Below, piece by piece: positions 50,881 to 63,836 of a stretch of 64,000 nucleotides of DNA (the first letter of the stretch is position 1; each line of letters opens with the position of its first letter). The position numbers were made by a program, and so were the translations under genes. Source of the stretch: Octopus vulgaris (lineage: Eukaryota); assembly GCA_951406725.2 (NCBI GenBank), contig OX597831.1:49042001-49106000 (forward strand), given 5' to 3'. The notes beneath the pieces are model-generated. The model saw only the letters and a program-made list of their open reading frames with translations, made no database searches and was not told the DNA's origin.

Positions 50881-51714
50881 CAGGGTGTGATGGGTAAACT
50901 GTCACCATTTTATATTTTTAAATTCATGCATGTACATTGTTGTTTTCTGATTTTGTTGGCTACACAGTATAGTAGGGTCAGTTGGGTACCATCTGTGAGA
51001 TAAACAGCACCATGACGCACTGGAAATAACATGCTTGGCATTCACGCCGGAATCTCCAATACAAAAGTTTCAGAGTGTTTAGGTGTCAATCTGAGGACAT
51101 GTGTCAAGAGTGATAAAAATCAAACATCATGGTGATTGGAATGATCACTAGTGATGGTAACATTATGCCTCCATTCATCTTCCCACACGATCTTACACTC
51201 AACACGGAGGCATACATCAAGTGCCTGGAGGGATGTAGTGCTGCCCTGGGTCAAGAGGGTGACTGCTGGAAGACCCCTATGTCTGGCAACAGGACTCTGC
51301 ACCATGCCACACAACCAGGAGAACCCAGTCATGGTTGTCAGACAATTTTTGTGAACACATCACCCTTAACATCTGGCTACCTGACTTTCCAGACTGCAAC
51401 CACCTCGATTATTATGCGTGGGGCGTTGTTGAGTGAGAGACCAAGAAAATTCCTTGTAACACCAAAGATGAACTGAAGGCAAGGATTATGGCAGCATTTA
51501 CCAATTTAAACAAGGAGACCATCCAGAAGAGTTGCAAGAGATTCCAAAGTCGTCTGGAGGCTGTGGCTAAAGCCAATGGCAATTTTATTCAATAAATTTA
51601 CTCCTTAGTATTTTGAGATATTTTTTATTAAATTTTGGTAAATATGTTAAAATGAGATGTCAGTGTTATTTCATTTTTGCATAATTTAAATGACAGTTTA
51701 TTTACCACACCCTA
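50881..51714 (+). mobile_element. Decayed Tc1/mariner element, DD37D (maT-type), internally deleted
   Basis: TA-CAGGGTGTG TIRs; WQQDSAPCH..PDCNHLDY with 37 residues between the aspartates; frameshift and stop. Confidence 0.88.
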
Positions 51715-52785
51715 TATATATATATATATCTATCTATCTATCTATATATATATATATATCATAACCAACACTATTCATTATTTATCATTTATCTGTCTAC
51801 TGTCTAAGATCTCCCCACAGAGATGACAGGGTACTGAGATGACCTATTCCTTTCAGCAGCATTGAGGCTCTGTCTTCTGGCACCCACTCTTCCCTTAATC
51901 TTCTATGTTACCCTAGTTTCTTCACTTCCCCGCCCACTGAACTGATATGCTCTGTGTCCAACTTAGTCCCTATCTCTAATCATCTGTCACACAATCTTCA
52001 CTCATAGCACTTACCTGCACATTTACCTTTTCTGCTCTTCTATCCTACTCTGTTTCATATTCACATTGTACCTGGACCTCACATCTCTTTCTCTCTCTCA
52101 CTTTCCAGGTGGGCAAGCCATGTGTTCACCTCTTCAACAAGACACCTGTTCCTCTTCTTCTATCATAGTTTCTTATTCCTCCAGTCAGTATTGTCTTACG
52201 AGTACTTGGTGACTTCACCAGTGCTGGTGCCACATAAAAAGCATGCAGTACATTCTGTTAGGTGGTTCGTATCAGGGAGGGCATCTAGCCATAGAAACAG
52301 TGCCAAAGCAGACATAGAATCTAGCAGAGCTCTCTGTTCCTCAAACTGTCCAACCCATGCCAGCATGGAAAAGGGGATGTTAAATGACGGTGATGATATA
52401 CATCTTAGTTTTAAGAACTGGCACACCATATCCCTGTTTGTCATACGAAGTGATTAAAACAGTTGATATCAAGGCATCCAGCATCCATAAAACACTGCTT
52501 CAAAAACTCCTACCCAAGCCATGCCAGCATGGAAAAACAGACATGAAAAATCTTACGATGATATATGTGTGTGAATGTGTCAGTGAAACAGTGCATTTAG
52601 TTGTGAAATTTTCTATCTATTTAGCTATCTGTCAGTCGGTCTGTCTGTCTGTCTAAGATTTCGCAGGAATCAATGCAATTATAATAGGATGAAATAAATA
52701 CATGTGGGGAAGGGAACAATGTGGTCAAATAAAAACCAATAAAGAATAAGAAAATATGATTTAGTTAGAAATGGTTAAAATTTAC

Positions 52786-52874
52786 CTGGCTGTGTGACTG
52801 AGTGATTTAATTACATTTAATAACTCCAATCCATTCCGTTTTAAGGTATTGGTATGGTGTTTTTCGACTGTCAC
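52786..52874 (-). CDS. ULK4: ULK4 exon (VTVEKHHTNTLKRNGLELLNVIKSLSHTA)
   Basis: AG/GT boundaries, 89 bp, open in phase 0. Confidence 0.87.
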
Positions 52875-54032
52875 CTAATAGGAATGAAAGACAATGAAAA
52901 CTTTTTGCATAACTCTTTATTCATTCTTTAAATAACGCTTAAAATGAACTATTTGTACATACTTGCATTGATGTGCAAGCTTGACTGTTTGGTTAATAAG
53001 CTTGCTTGCAACCATTTGTTGTTTTTGGCTTCAGTCCCACTGTGCAGGCCTTGATCATACTCTGCATCGTGGCCGTTTGCCAGCCTGCTCTGGCCCCTGT
53101 GCCGGTGGCACATAAAAAAAACATCCACTACACTCACAGAGTGGTTGGCGTTAGAAAGGGCATCCAGCTGTAGAAACACTGCCAAATCAGACTAGAGCCT
53201 GGTGCAGCCTCCTAGCTTACCAGACCCCGGTCGAACCGTCTGCTTTGCAAGTGAATTTGGTAAAGGGAAACTGTGCGGAAGTCCATTGTGTGTGTGTGTG
53301 TGTGTGTGTTTGTCCCTCACTTCACTATGTTCGACAATGTGTTGATTTGTTTACATTCCTGTAGCTTAGCAGGTTGGCAAATGAGAATGATAAAATAAGT
53401 ACCAGACTTGAAAACAAGTACTGGAGTCACTTTGTTCGACTAAACCCTTCAAGGCAGTGCCCTAGTGGAGTTGTAGCGCAATGACTGGAACAAGTAAAAA
53501 ATAAAAGAAGAAAAATTCTTGCACTGAAGTATTTTCCTGTATAAGAGAGCTTTACATAGTGATTATAACTCTAATTTTTGGAGACAAGAGAGATATTTTA
53601 AACTGTTAACTGCATCTATTCCTTCTTATTTATCTCCATTTGTCCATGTACACAGACAGGATTTGAACTCATCAGCTTTCGTTTCAAGTAGGGCTCAACA
53701 CCTTTTCTCTCTAAGCCATGATTCCATAAGATAAACATTTCAAATTCAAAGATTTAAACAGCTTAAGCTGTTTTCTTTCTGTTTTACATTTGTTCCTTCT
53801 TGACGGCATGACTGGAATGGTTTCAATAAATTTTAATATTTGCATATTTTTGGAACAGTTGTTTCAAAACTAGATGCTCTGCCTACCAGTAAACAGTAAT
53901 ATAGGAGCTGAACTTGTTTCTCAGTCAGACAAGCCGAGCCAAGCAAAATTATGTACATTATTCAAGAGCAATAATACAGAAACTTTAAGGATGAGATGAA
54001 TGTAAAAAATGACAAAGATAATTACTACTTAC

Positions 54033-54107
54033 AAAACGTTTTATAATTCGTAGAATCAATTTCTGTCTTTTGCTGTCAGCAATTTTCAATGCCTTACAGT
54101 AGAACAT
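54033..54107 (-). CDS. ULK4: ULK4 exon (MFYCKALKIADSKRQKLILRIIKRF)
   Basis: AG/GTAAGT boundaries, 75 bp; resembles ULK4 QKLLLRILRR. Confidence 0.88.
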
Positions 54108-54561
54108 CTGGTAGTAAATCAATAGATTGATGGATAAACAAAGGTTGACATTGATACAAAATCAGACATTTGTTAAAGAGAGGAATAGTCAACTGAAAAT
54201 AATGCAATAGTTTGTCTTTTGGTGAGCTGGCTGGCAGGACCATTAGCATATCAGACAAAATGCCAAGAAGCATTTTTTTCTGACTTGTTATGGTCTAAGT
54301 GCAAATGCCACCAAGATCAACTTTGCCTTTCATTCCTCTGAGGGAAATAAAATAAGTGCCAGATGAGCATTAGGGTTGATGTAATCAACTGAAATCCCTA
54401 CACACACACACTTAATATTAGAATAAGTACCAGGCTTAAAGAAAAATAAGTACTGGGGAAGGGGGCAACTCATTCAATTGAAAACCCCATCAGGGCTGTG
54501 CCCCAGCATGGCCACAGGCCAATGAATGAAACAAGTAAAAGATAAAAAAAGGCCAACTTAC

Positions 54562-54669
54562 CATATTTTCATCAGTCAAAGCATCTTGACATTCTCCTCC
54601 AAACAACTGGGCTGTCAATGACAGCAATTTAGTGGCAACTTCCTGGATTTCACAGTCAGCATGACACAT
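54562..54669 (-). CDS. ULK4: ULK4 exon (MCHADCEIQEVATKLLSLTAQLFGGECQDALTDENM)
   Basis: AG/GTAAGT boundaries, 108 bp; resembles ULK4 LSILVQLYGGENPDSLSPEN. Confidence 0.9.
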
Positions 54670-55132
54670 CTGAAGAAGAAAAAATATTCCAAAAAAAAAA
54701 AAAAAAGATAAAGATATAGTTGTATCTTGAGTATAAACACAGAACTACCCAATTAATTTGTTGCTGTTACTGTTAAAAAAAAATCTATTGTAACATCTAC
54801 AGCATTTTCTTACTTATTTCAGTCATTAGACTACAGCTATGCTGGGGCACTGCCTTGATAGGTATGTACAGCATGCAGGTTTCCCAAGCTGTCATCCATT
54901 TAAGAACTAACTAGGCTCAACATTGCTTAACTTCAGTGATTGGATGAGAAATGGTGTTTACAATGTGATATGGCTGTAAGCATGTTGACTTTCTGAAATA
55001 GTCTTCTTACTGAGTAAAAATACTTTGGTTCTCTACTCCAGAGGAATACTGTATTCACAATATCAATTGCTGTATACTTGTACAGATGAAGTGAACACGT
55101 TGACAACCAAGCTAAGAAAGGAGCATCTATAC

Positions 55133-55449
55133 CAATGGGTTCCAACTGCGGTCCATGTGACCCCAGGAGGTCCACACAAACAAAATAGTAAGTTAGAGAT
55201 CCACAGTAGTATATTTAGGGTTCACAAAAAGTTTTGATTTAGATATATTTTTTACAAGAAACAGCTAGGTTTCTTTCTCCACATTTTACACAGTTCAACC
55301 TACACAAGTTAACATGTGAAAAACAAAATAGGAATTTTGAAAACAGTATCAATAAAACTAGTTTTTAAACACTGAACGGCTATGGAGGTCCACCAGAATA
55401 CAATAGTAGTCAAAGGGGTCTACAGATAAAAAATGGTTGAGAACCACTG
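55133..55449. mobile_element. hAT-like MITE
   Basis: CAATGGGTTCCAAC / GTTGAGAACCACTG ends; degenerate 8-bp TSD ATCTATAC and ATCTATGT. Confidence 0.6.
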
Positions 55450-56478
55450 ATCTATGTAGTTACAAATGGTTTAGTAATCATTCAAGTTCTGTGCTGGTTT
55501 GATAGGATCTAACAAGCCTTAAGACTGCTTCATGCTTAAAAGTCAACTTTGGTATGGTTTCTATGGCTCAATGCCCTTCCTAACACCAACCACTTTGCAG
55601 TGGTTCAATAGGTGTATTTTTCTTCCTTTTTTTTTTTTTTTTTGTGACGCTAACACTAGCGAAATCACCAAGTAACTTGCAAGACAAATGATAGAAAAAG
55701 AAAAGAGATAGGGGAAGATGGTTTTATGCCAGGAGTCGAAGGCTAAAGCATGACAGAAGGAAGAGCACAGGTGGCTACCCCGCATTATATGAGGATGGGT
55801 GAAAGTTGCTGGAAGGAAGATAAAGATAGTGGCAACAAGATGTTAGAGGATACTTGAAAGCTAAAAAGAATGTTATAAGAGAAATTAGAGACATGGATCA
55901 GGGGAGGGAATCATCATCATCATCATTTAATATCTGTTTTCCACACTGGCATTGGTTGGTTTGACAAAATCCCATGAGTTACAGGGCTGCATTTTGTTCC
56001 ATCTCAGCTTAGACATGGTTTCTACAACTGGATACCCCTCCAAATGCCAACCACTTTGCAGTGTGTACTGGGTGCTGTTTTTCATGCCACCAACACTGGT
56101 TAGGTTGCCAAGTAACTTGCAAGACAAGAAAGGAAAAATGGAACAAAAGGAAAAGGCTCTCCCAATTAAGTAGTGGTGGTACTGTTACAGCTGCTAGTAC
56201 TGGTGCTGGCAGGGATATTCAAGAAGATGGAGAGGTGATTTGTAAGTCAGGTACAAGCAGAAGTGTCTTGCTATAGAGAAGAGACATGGCTAGCCTACAT
56301 TTATATGAGGATGGGTGGCAGTACCTGGGAAAAGGTGAGATAGTATTGGTGGAGATGCAAGAGTAGAAGCAAGAGATGTTACACAGTGATTTCATAAGAG
56401 GAGAGTGACAGATGGTTAGAGATGGGAGTAGAAGTAGATGTAGTGAGTGATGAACAAGGATTGAGGAGTATCGGTATA

Positions 56479-56921
56479 CAAAGGGGTGCTGAGATGTTCC
56501 TGGCTTTAAGGGTTTCACAAAAAGCCTGATTGGAGGCCCAACCTTCTAAATTCTTTTACAGGGCTTAGAAAAACTGAAGGACTGCTACAATGTATGTGTG
56601 AATCAGAGGGGAATATGTTGTATAAAAATCATAATTAACTGATCCTCCTGTATTTTCTCTTACCCAAAGCCAGGAACTTTTCAGCACCCCCTCATACACA
56701 CACACAAGGGGGTACTGAAAAAGTTCCTGGCTTTAATGGTATTGCAAAAGGCCTGGTTGGAAACCCAACCTTCTGAGTTCTTTTACAGGGCTTAGAAAAA
56801 CTGAAGGACCATTACAATGAATGTGTGAATCAGAGGGGAATATGTTGTATAAAAATCATAATTAACTGATCCTCTTGTATTTTCTTTTACCCAAAGCCAG
56901 AAACTTTTCACACACCCCTCG
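56479..56921. mobile_element. Two tandem mariner-type MITEs (56479-56694, 56705-56921)
   Basis: GGGGTGCTGAAAAGTTCCTGGCTTT-type TIRs, TA flanks, ~215-bp direct duplication. Confidence 0.75.
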
Positions 56922-57178
56922 TAGAAGGGGTGAAGAAGGTTTCAGAGGCTCAGGAAGGAGGAGGTGACAAGGCGCGCATGCACACACACACATATATGTA
57001 TGCATGCATGCATATATGAATCTTCAGTTATATCTTTTGCTGACATATATTGTTTGCGGGATTAAGTATGGAAGAGTGAAGTGTCACTAATTAAATAATA
57101 ATAATAATAATGATACAACATAGACTAAATTACTGTAAACCAGAAAAAAAAAAAACGAGAAAATATAAAATACTATAC

Positions 57179-57283
57179 CAGTTGAATAAGCAATGGGTTG
57201 ACATCTATAAAAGCTTTGTTTACGAGAAGTAACTGTTCAGCACGATTATTATCAATGATGTCTTCACTTCCATGTTTCTTTGC
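57179..57283 (-). CDS. ULK4: ULK4 exon (AKKHGSEDIIDNNRAEQLLLVNKAFIDVNPLLIQL); gene continues beyond the window
   Basis: TTTTGTAG acceptor, GT donor, 105 bp; resembles ULK4 AEDLLLLNRPLTDLISLLI. Confidence 0.88.
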
Positions 57284-57575
57284 CTACAAAACAAAAAGCA
57301 ATACTTTTACTGGACATCACCTTCAAGAGTAGAATAGACTACATTGATCCCAATTATTATTAACTAGCAGTATAGCCTGGCGTTGCTCGGGTTTGTTTTC
57401 TTTTCAACCCTTTAGAATTGGAATTTTTGAAAAGTAAAAATTTTGCATTATGTAGCTTATTATTCTCTTTTAGTGAACATTTTTCTGGTTGAAATACACC
57501 GAAAAATGGCAACACAGCAGTCAAAAAATCGTAAAAAATAGGGATTTTCATAGAAAAAAAGCACCTTTTTGATGT

Positions 57576-57987
57576 TGTAACAGGATGTTATCGATTCACT
57601 GAAAGGGTGTCGATCCGATCCAGTCACATACAATTTTTGTAAGACAATACAGACGAAGTCAGGTTGTAGGTGAAAGACAGCAGTTCATTTATTTATTGCG
57701 ATGGCGTACGTGTGTCTGATGGGAGAAGGACAGCCTCTGGTGTACAGCTTCTTGTTCGTTTGTTGAAGAGGTTCGATGGTCGTTGGCAGCTAAGTCGGTG
57801 AGGTTATCAGAGCCTGCGAAATGTACATCCGATCACGTTGGCTGTCTTGCCAGAGAGGAGGATTTGAGTTTGGCGGGCCTAAGGGAACGTTTCCCACACA
57901 TGTGCATGGGGAAGACTTCCGGTGGCCACCCGGAAGTAGTCCCATTCTGCGCATGCGCGCTGAACCCTACACAGTAGCATCACTACA
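57576..57987 (-). repeat. 3' LTR (412 bp), preceded by PPT AGGGGGAGCCT (57988-57998)
   Basis: Direct repeat of 62469-62882. Confidence 0.95.
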
Positions 57988-58121
57988 AGGCTCCCCCTCG
58001 AGTGCGAAAGTACGACAACAAGAACATTTCTGGTGGTGCTGCAGAAAAACAGATGGCTTGCCGATCCCCCAGAAGACTTGGTACATAATATCATACAAAA
58101 CAAGAAAAATTTGAAAGAAAG

Positions 58122-61100
58122 TTAAATGTAGATTGTCTTTGAAAGTTTCTTGGGCCAATGCACTGTTCTGCCCGATTTTGTAACATACGGTGTGCTCGGG
58201 GCACCCGTTGACAGCGAGGATGGTGTTGTAGAAGCCGGTGAAGGCAAAGGCGTCTGTGCAGGTGAAGGTGTTTGTGCAGGTGAAGGCGTTTGTGCAGGTG
58301 AAGGTGTTGTTAAAGGTGCATAGGTGGGTGTGTCAAGGTTGTCATCAAAAGATGAAGACGTCTCAAAATACGCTTTTTTTAACCGGTCCACGGAAACGGT
58401 CTCCGAATGACCATTTATCTCAATCGTGAAAACCTTTGGTGTGCGAGGAAGCACACGGAAAGGTCCTTTATAGGGAGAAACAAATGGGCCCTTGACAGAG
58501 TCGTCCCGAACAAAAACATGCGACCAAGTGTCCATATCCGGTGGAAGATGGGATGGTGGAGATTGCTTTCTGGGAACCATGGGTGGAAGGTTCGAAAAAT
58601 ATGCACGCAGTCTGGTGACATAGGTCGCCAGATCATGGGGCTGGGAAGTGTCTGGCACCAGCATCGTACAAGACAATGCCAGTGTGGTACCATACAGCAG
58701 CTCTGCAGCAGAAAACCCCAGGTCTGCCTTGACAGCAGTCCGACAGCCGAGAAGCACAATGGGCAGAAATTCAATCCAGGACTGTGGGTCTGAAGAGGCA
58801 CGAAGAGTGGCCTTGAGCTGTCTATGGAACCGCTCAACTAATCCATTAGACGCTGGATGGTAGCTTGTAGTGTGGATATGGTGCATACCTAACATTCGCG
58901 ACAATTCGCGAAATAGCGAGGCCTCAAACTGACGTCCACGATCAGTTGTCAATCGGGACAGGACTCCGAAGCGAGAAATCCAGTTTGAAACGAAAGCTTG
59001 CGCAACAGTCTCAGCAGAAATGTCTGCTATCGGAATGGCTTCTGGCCAGCGGGAGAAGCGATCGACACAAGTTAACAGATAAGAGAACCCGTGACTCACA
59101 GGCCATGGTCCAACCAGATCGATGTGGACATAGCGAAAACGGGCCTCCGTGGGGGGAAATTGTCCAAGCGGAGCACGAACGTGCTGTTGAATTTTGGACC
59201 GTTGACACTTGGAGCAGGTGCGTGTCCAAGAAGTAATAGTGCGACGCATATTCGGCCAGAAAAACCGAGCAGTGATTAGTTTAAGGGTGGCAGCGATGCC
59301 AGGATGTGATAAGGAGTGCAGTGCTTCAAACACTGAGCGTTGATGGTTCTCAAGCACCAGTGGCCTGGGAGAACCAGTGGAAGTATCACAAAGAATGGTG
59401 CCTTCGGCTGACGGAAGCGGAAGGTAGGAAAACTGGCAACAGGAGAACTTGGGAGAAGTTAAGTCTAACGACGCCAAAGGTGGCTGCTCCTGCGAGATAA
59501 CAGCTAAGTCGATAGCAGCAGGAGACGAAAGAGCGCAAACTGGAAGGCGAGAGAGAAGCGTCAGCAGGAACGTTCTCTTTTCCAGGTATGTGTCGAATGT
59601 TGCTAGTGAACTGAGAGATAAAATCCAGGTGCCGGAAAGCACGGGGTGAGAGTTTGTCCGTTTTTGAACACAGGGCAAACGTAAGGGGCTTGTGATCCGT
59701 ATAGATCACAAAATCTCACCCTTCAAGTTGATGCTGGAAATGATGAACCGATAGATAGATCGCTAGGAGCTCACGATCAAAGGTGCTGTATCGTCGTTCA
59801 GCTGGTTGCAGTTGACGGGAAAAGAAAGCTAGAGGTCGAATATGATCATCCACTGTGTGTTGTAACACAGCGCCAATCGCAGTGTCCGATGCGTCTACAG
59901 TCAAAGAGAGGGAAACACCAGGAACTGGATGTGCAAGCAAAGAAACAGAAGCCAGCTCCTTCTTAATGGACTCAAAGGCTGTCACTGCCTCAACAGAGAG
60001 GGTGACTTGACTGTCCTTTCTAGGAGTGTCCTTTAATAGCCTGGTGAGAGGTAGTAGCTTATCTGCACAACCGGGAATAAAACATCTGTAGAAATTGATC
60101 ATCCCTAGATAATGCCTGAGCTGGCGCAAGGAAGTGGGGGGTGCGATGCGTTGAATGGCATCGACTTTTGACGAGAGAGGGCTGATTCCACTCGAATCAA
60201 TATGATGGCCTAGAAAATCTAGGGAAGAGCGTCTGAAAACACACTTGTCGGGATTTATACGTATACTATAAGTGCGAAGACGCTGAAAAAGCTGAGAAAG
60301 GTGCTGGAGATGATTTTCACATGTGTCGCTTGCAATGAGTATATCATTGACATAGGCAAACACAAAATCAAGACCGCGGACAACCTCATCAATGAAACGC
60401 TGGAAGGTGCTAGTAGCATTCCGCAAACCGAAACTCATATACAAAAACTCAAAACACCCAAAGGGGGTAGTGATCGCAGTTTTCGGAACGTCGGCTGGGT
60501 TGACCGGTATTTGATGGTACGCGCGTATAAGGTCGACCTTCGAAAAAATGGTACAACCATGGAAATTTGCCGTAAATTCCTGGAGATTTCAGATCAGATA
60601 TCTGTCGGCTATTGTTACGGCATTGAGGCGTCGATAGTCTCCAACCGGGCGAAAATCAGACTCGCCCTTTCGCGCCAAATGAAGGGGAGATGCCCATGGG
60701 CTGGTGGAGGGGTGTATAAGGCCAAGTTGAAGCATGTGCTCAAACTCGGCCCTGGCCGCTTTTAGTCGGTCTGGCGCAAGGCGCCGTGGGCGCGAAAATA
60801 CAGGCGGCCCAGTGGTGGTGATAAAATGGAGGGTCGAGTGGGTAGGCTTTTCCGGTTTAAAGGCAATGTCCACTAGCTCCGGAAATGAAACCAAAAGAGA
60901 GTGAAAAGGGTCTCCAGAGGTGGCAACAAAGAATGTCGGGCTAAGGACCGCAGTGGTGGAACTCCCAGTCGGTGTAGAGAGCGACGTCGTGCTATCAAGA
61001 AGCCTCCAACGCCTGACATCCACCAATAGATTAAACCTATCCAGGAAATCAGCGCCGAGAATAGGATGTGGGATGTCAGCGATGACGAAAACCCATTGAA

Positions 61101-61359
61101 AATCTCGACGAAGGTTGATGTCGAGGCGCAGCGAAATCTGACCGTAAGTGGTTATGGGAGACGAGTCAATAGCATGCAAGACAATTGAAGAGCGCTTGGG
61201 CTTGTCTGCAGCCAGACGAAGGGGCCAGATGCTGCAACAAGAGCCGGTGTCCACCATGAAGAATTTCTTCGACACCAGATCTTTTACAAAGAATGCACGA
61301 TTTTTGGGAAACGAGATGGAAGAAGGTGACGTGCTCACCTCCTCCGGATTTAGTTTTCC
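58122..61359 (-). pseudogene. Gypsy pol with stops and a frameshift
   Basis: VDTG, ILGADFL, DYRRLN, FGLRNA, YVND, DAS, RELLAI, TDHKPL, HHCC zinc finger, integrase core. Confidence 0.93.
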
Positions 61360-62085
61360 GAGGGCTTGAAAGTACACGGCTGGGCACACCGATCTGCCCT
61401 CTCGGCATACTTTGAATGGTACCAGCACCCGCCGGAACGAGAAACAGAATCACTCCGACTACGGGAAATAGAGCTACTGCGACTACGACTGCGAGATTGG
61501 CGCCCGATCGCACGGCACAGATCATCGATTCTCTGCGTAAGCGCATCGATCTTCTTGGCTAGTTTATCGTTCGTCGGAGGTGGCTCTGTACATGCGTACA
61601 GGCCCCCGTGAGGGAGATGGTCGCGAAAACTCTAACACTTTGTCGGCCATCGTGGCGATCTGGTCCACAGACACAGCTTCCAGTGCCGTGGCCAACATTG
61701 TCTGCACGTGGGCAGGCAGCCTGGAAAAAAATATTTTTCGTAAGAGCGGCGTGTCCGCTGCATTGCTGCTAAGCTCCCTTAGATGGCGCAGGAACTGGGA
61801 TGGAGTTCTGTCCCCCAACTGCTCGTCGGCCATCAGCTCATTGAACTGACTTTCCTCCGACCGCGTGTTGCGGCGGAGGATTTCTGCCTTTACTGACGCA
61901 TATGTGGCGTCAGGGTGGAGACTCATAATGAGATCCCTGACCGATGTGGCGAGCCGGGAGGGCAAACTTGAGTACAGCAGATGTAACTGCTGTTGTGGAG
62001 GAATGGTATGCGCGGCAAAATGGGATTCCACCTGGGCAAGCCACAGCCCTGCATCCCCCGTGAATGAAGGCAAACCTGAAGCCAT
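61350..62085 (-). pseudogene. Gypsy gag (frameshifted near 61600)
   Basis: LWLAQVESHF, LGDRTPSQFLRHL, then in a shifted frame CWYHSKYAERADRCAQPC to TAA. Confidence 0.88.
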
Positions 62086-62456
62086 GCTTTTGTCGGAAGG
62101 AATCTGTCAGAAAGGGGCAGAAGGTATGATCGAGAAATGGAGAGAGAATACGTGGAACCGACAAAGCAAATCAATGGTGTTTTGTGTACTGGTGTGTGTG
62201 TACCTCATGGGTAGTAAAACAAGTGTGTGTGTGTGCGCACAAAGGAAAACAAAGTACAGAAAAGGAAAAAAAATTAATGTGTGTGTGTGTTTTTTTGTTT
62301 TTTTTTCAGTGTACTGAGTGCGATGAATAAGCTTGTTTGTACCCACCTCGCCGTTCTGAAAGGAAAAGAAAAAATGAAAAATGAATGTTCAGTGCTCTAT
62401 CTGGCAAAACCTGTTCGCTGCGTCTTCTGTTCTTTTTTTTTTTTTTTTTTCAACTT

Positions 62457-62466
62457 GGGGTCACCA
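62457..62466 (-). promoter_or_regulatory. Primer binding site TGGTGACCCC, complementary to the tRNA-Trp 3' end
   Basis: 2 nt from the 5' LTR; matches ..GGGGUCACCA. Confidence 0.8.
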
Positions 62467-62468
62467 AT

Positions 62469-62882
62469 TGTAACAGGATCTATTATCGATTCACTGAAAG
62501 GGTGTCGATCCGATCCAGTCACATACAATTTTTGTAAGACAATACAGACGAAGTCAGGTTGTAGGTGAAAGACAGCAGTTCATTTATTTATTGCGATGGC
62601 GTACGTGTGTCTGATGGGAGAAGGACAGCCTCTGGTGTACAGCTTCTTGTTCGTTTGTTGAAGAGGTTCGATGGTCGTTGGCGGCTAAGTCGGTGAGGTT
62701 ATCAGAGCCTGCGAAATGTACGTCTGATCGCGTTGGCTGTCTTGCCAGAGAGGAGGATTTGAGTTTGGCGGGCCTAAGGGAACGTTTCCCGCACATGCGC
62801 ATGGGGAAGACTTCCAGTGGCCACCCGGAAGTAGTCCCATTCTGCGCATGCGCGCTGAACCCTACACAGTAGCATCACTACA
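62469..62882 (-). repeat. 5' LTR (414 bp)
   Basis: Direct repeat of 57576-57987. Confidence 0.95.
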
Positions 62883-63526
62883 ATGTAAATAATTTTTGGT
62901 CTTAACATGGTCCGATTTGAATTTTTTCTTCTATGGAATGAAGAGCAAGCCTTCTTCTATCATACTCTCAATTTTTGTCAACTTGCGCCGCAGGGTCTCG
63001 GAGGAGATAGTGTTAGTTGAAGGCTACCAAACCTGACACACAAAGACAACTTCACCTTTATATATAAAGATTAGTAATTAATAACTTAATTAGTTACAGG
63101 TATGATTGTGTGGTTAAGAAGCTTGCTTTCCAACCATGTGATCTTGGGTTCAGTCCCACTGTGTGGTGTCTTATACCAAAGTCTCGAGCAATTGGATTTG
63201 AGAGATAGAAACTGAAAGAAATCAGTTGTGTGCATGTGTGTCTGTGTTTGTGGGTGTCGGTGTCTCCTTGCCTTGACATTGCATTAAGGTCGTAAGAGGG
63301 TATCAATGTCATGCTAGCATGAAAAAATGGATGTTAAATGATGATCATGGTAATTATCTTACTGACGTCAGAAGGATGAAAGACAAAGCAAACCTGGACA
63401 GTATATGAATTGAGAATTTAAAGAGAAATAACCAAAACAAGATATTTTGTTCCATGCACCACCACCCATGAACTGCATATATCAAAACATTACTTCTTCA
63501 AATAGCAAGCTAGAGTTACATATATA

Positions 63527-63836
63527 TGTATGTATGTGATCACCGTGACCAACCAGGCTATCAGATGTTGCTACACATCGCTGGTCACAATGCGCTTCGC
63601 ATTGTTTTAGCCTTCAAATGATGCCACCCTGCTGGCTAAGCGAGCAGGCCGACAGAAGAAAGAGTGAGAGAAAGTTGTGGCGAAAGAGTACAGCAGGGAT
63701 CGCCACCACCACCAGAGCCTCATGGAGCTTAAGGTGTTTTCGCTCAATAAACACTCACAACACCCGGTCTGGGAATCGAAACCGCGATCCTACGACCGCA
63801 AGTCCGCTGCCCTAACCACTGGGCCATTGCACCTCC
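63527..63836 (-). mobile_element. tRNA-derived SINE (second family; fragment also at 14530-14640)
   Basis: A box TGGCCCAGTGG, B box GTTTCGATTCC, (CATA)n tail. Confidence 0.85.

Larger units (their letters stand above)
57576..62882 (-). mobile_element. Full-length Ty3/Gypsy LTR retrotransposon, inactivated
   Basis: TG..CA LTRs, 4-bp TSD ATGT (57572-57575, 62883-62886), gag then PR(DTG)-RT-RNaseH-IN(GPF) order, PBS and PPT. Confidence 0.97.
57364..63070 (-). mobile_element. Non-autonomous Helitron split by the Gypsy insertion
   Basis: CTAG and hairpin end at 57364, TC start at 63070, A^T target; halves rejoin across the ATGT TSD. Confidence 0.75.

Noticed and set aside
52781-52790. TTACCTGGC match to the U1 5' end
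   Set aside because: It is the reverse complement of a ULK4 splice donor (CAG|GTAA), not another U1 copy
63760-63836. tRNA gene (also the head near 4940-5017)
   Set aside because: A and B boxes are attached to SINE bodies and tails; no complete cloverleaf evident
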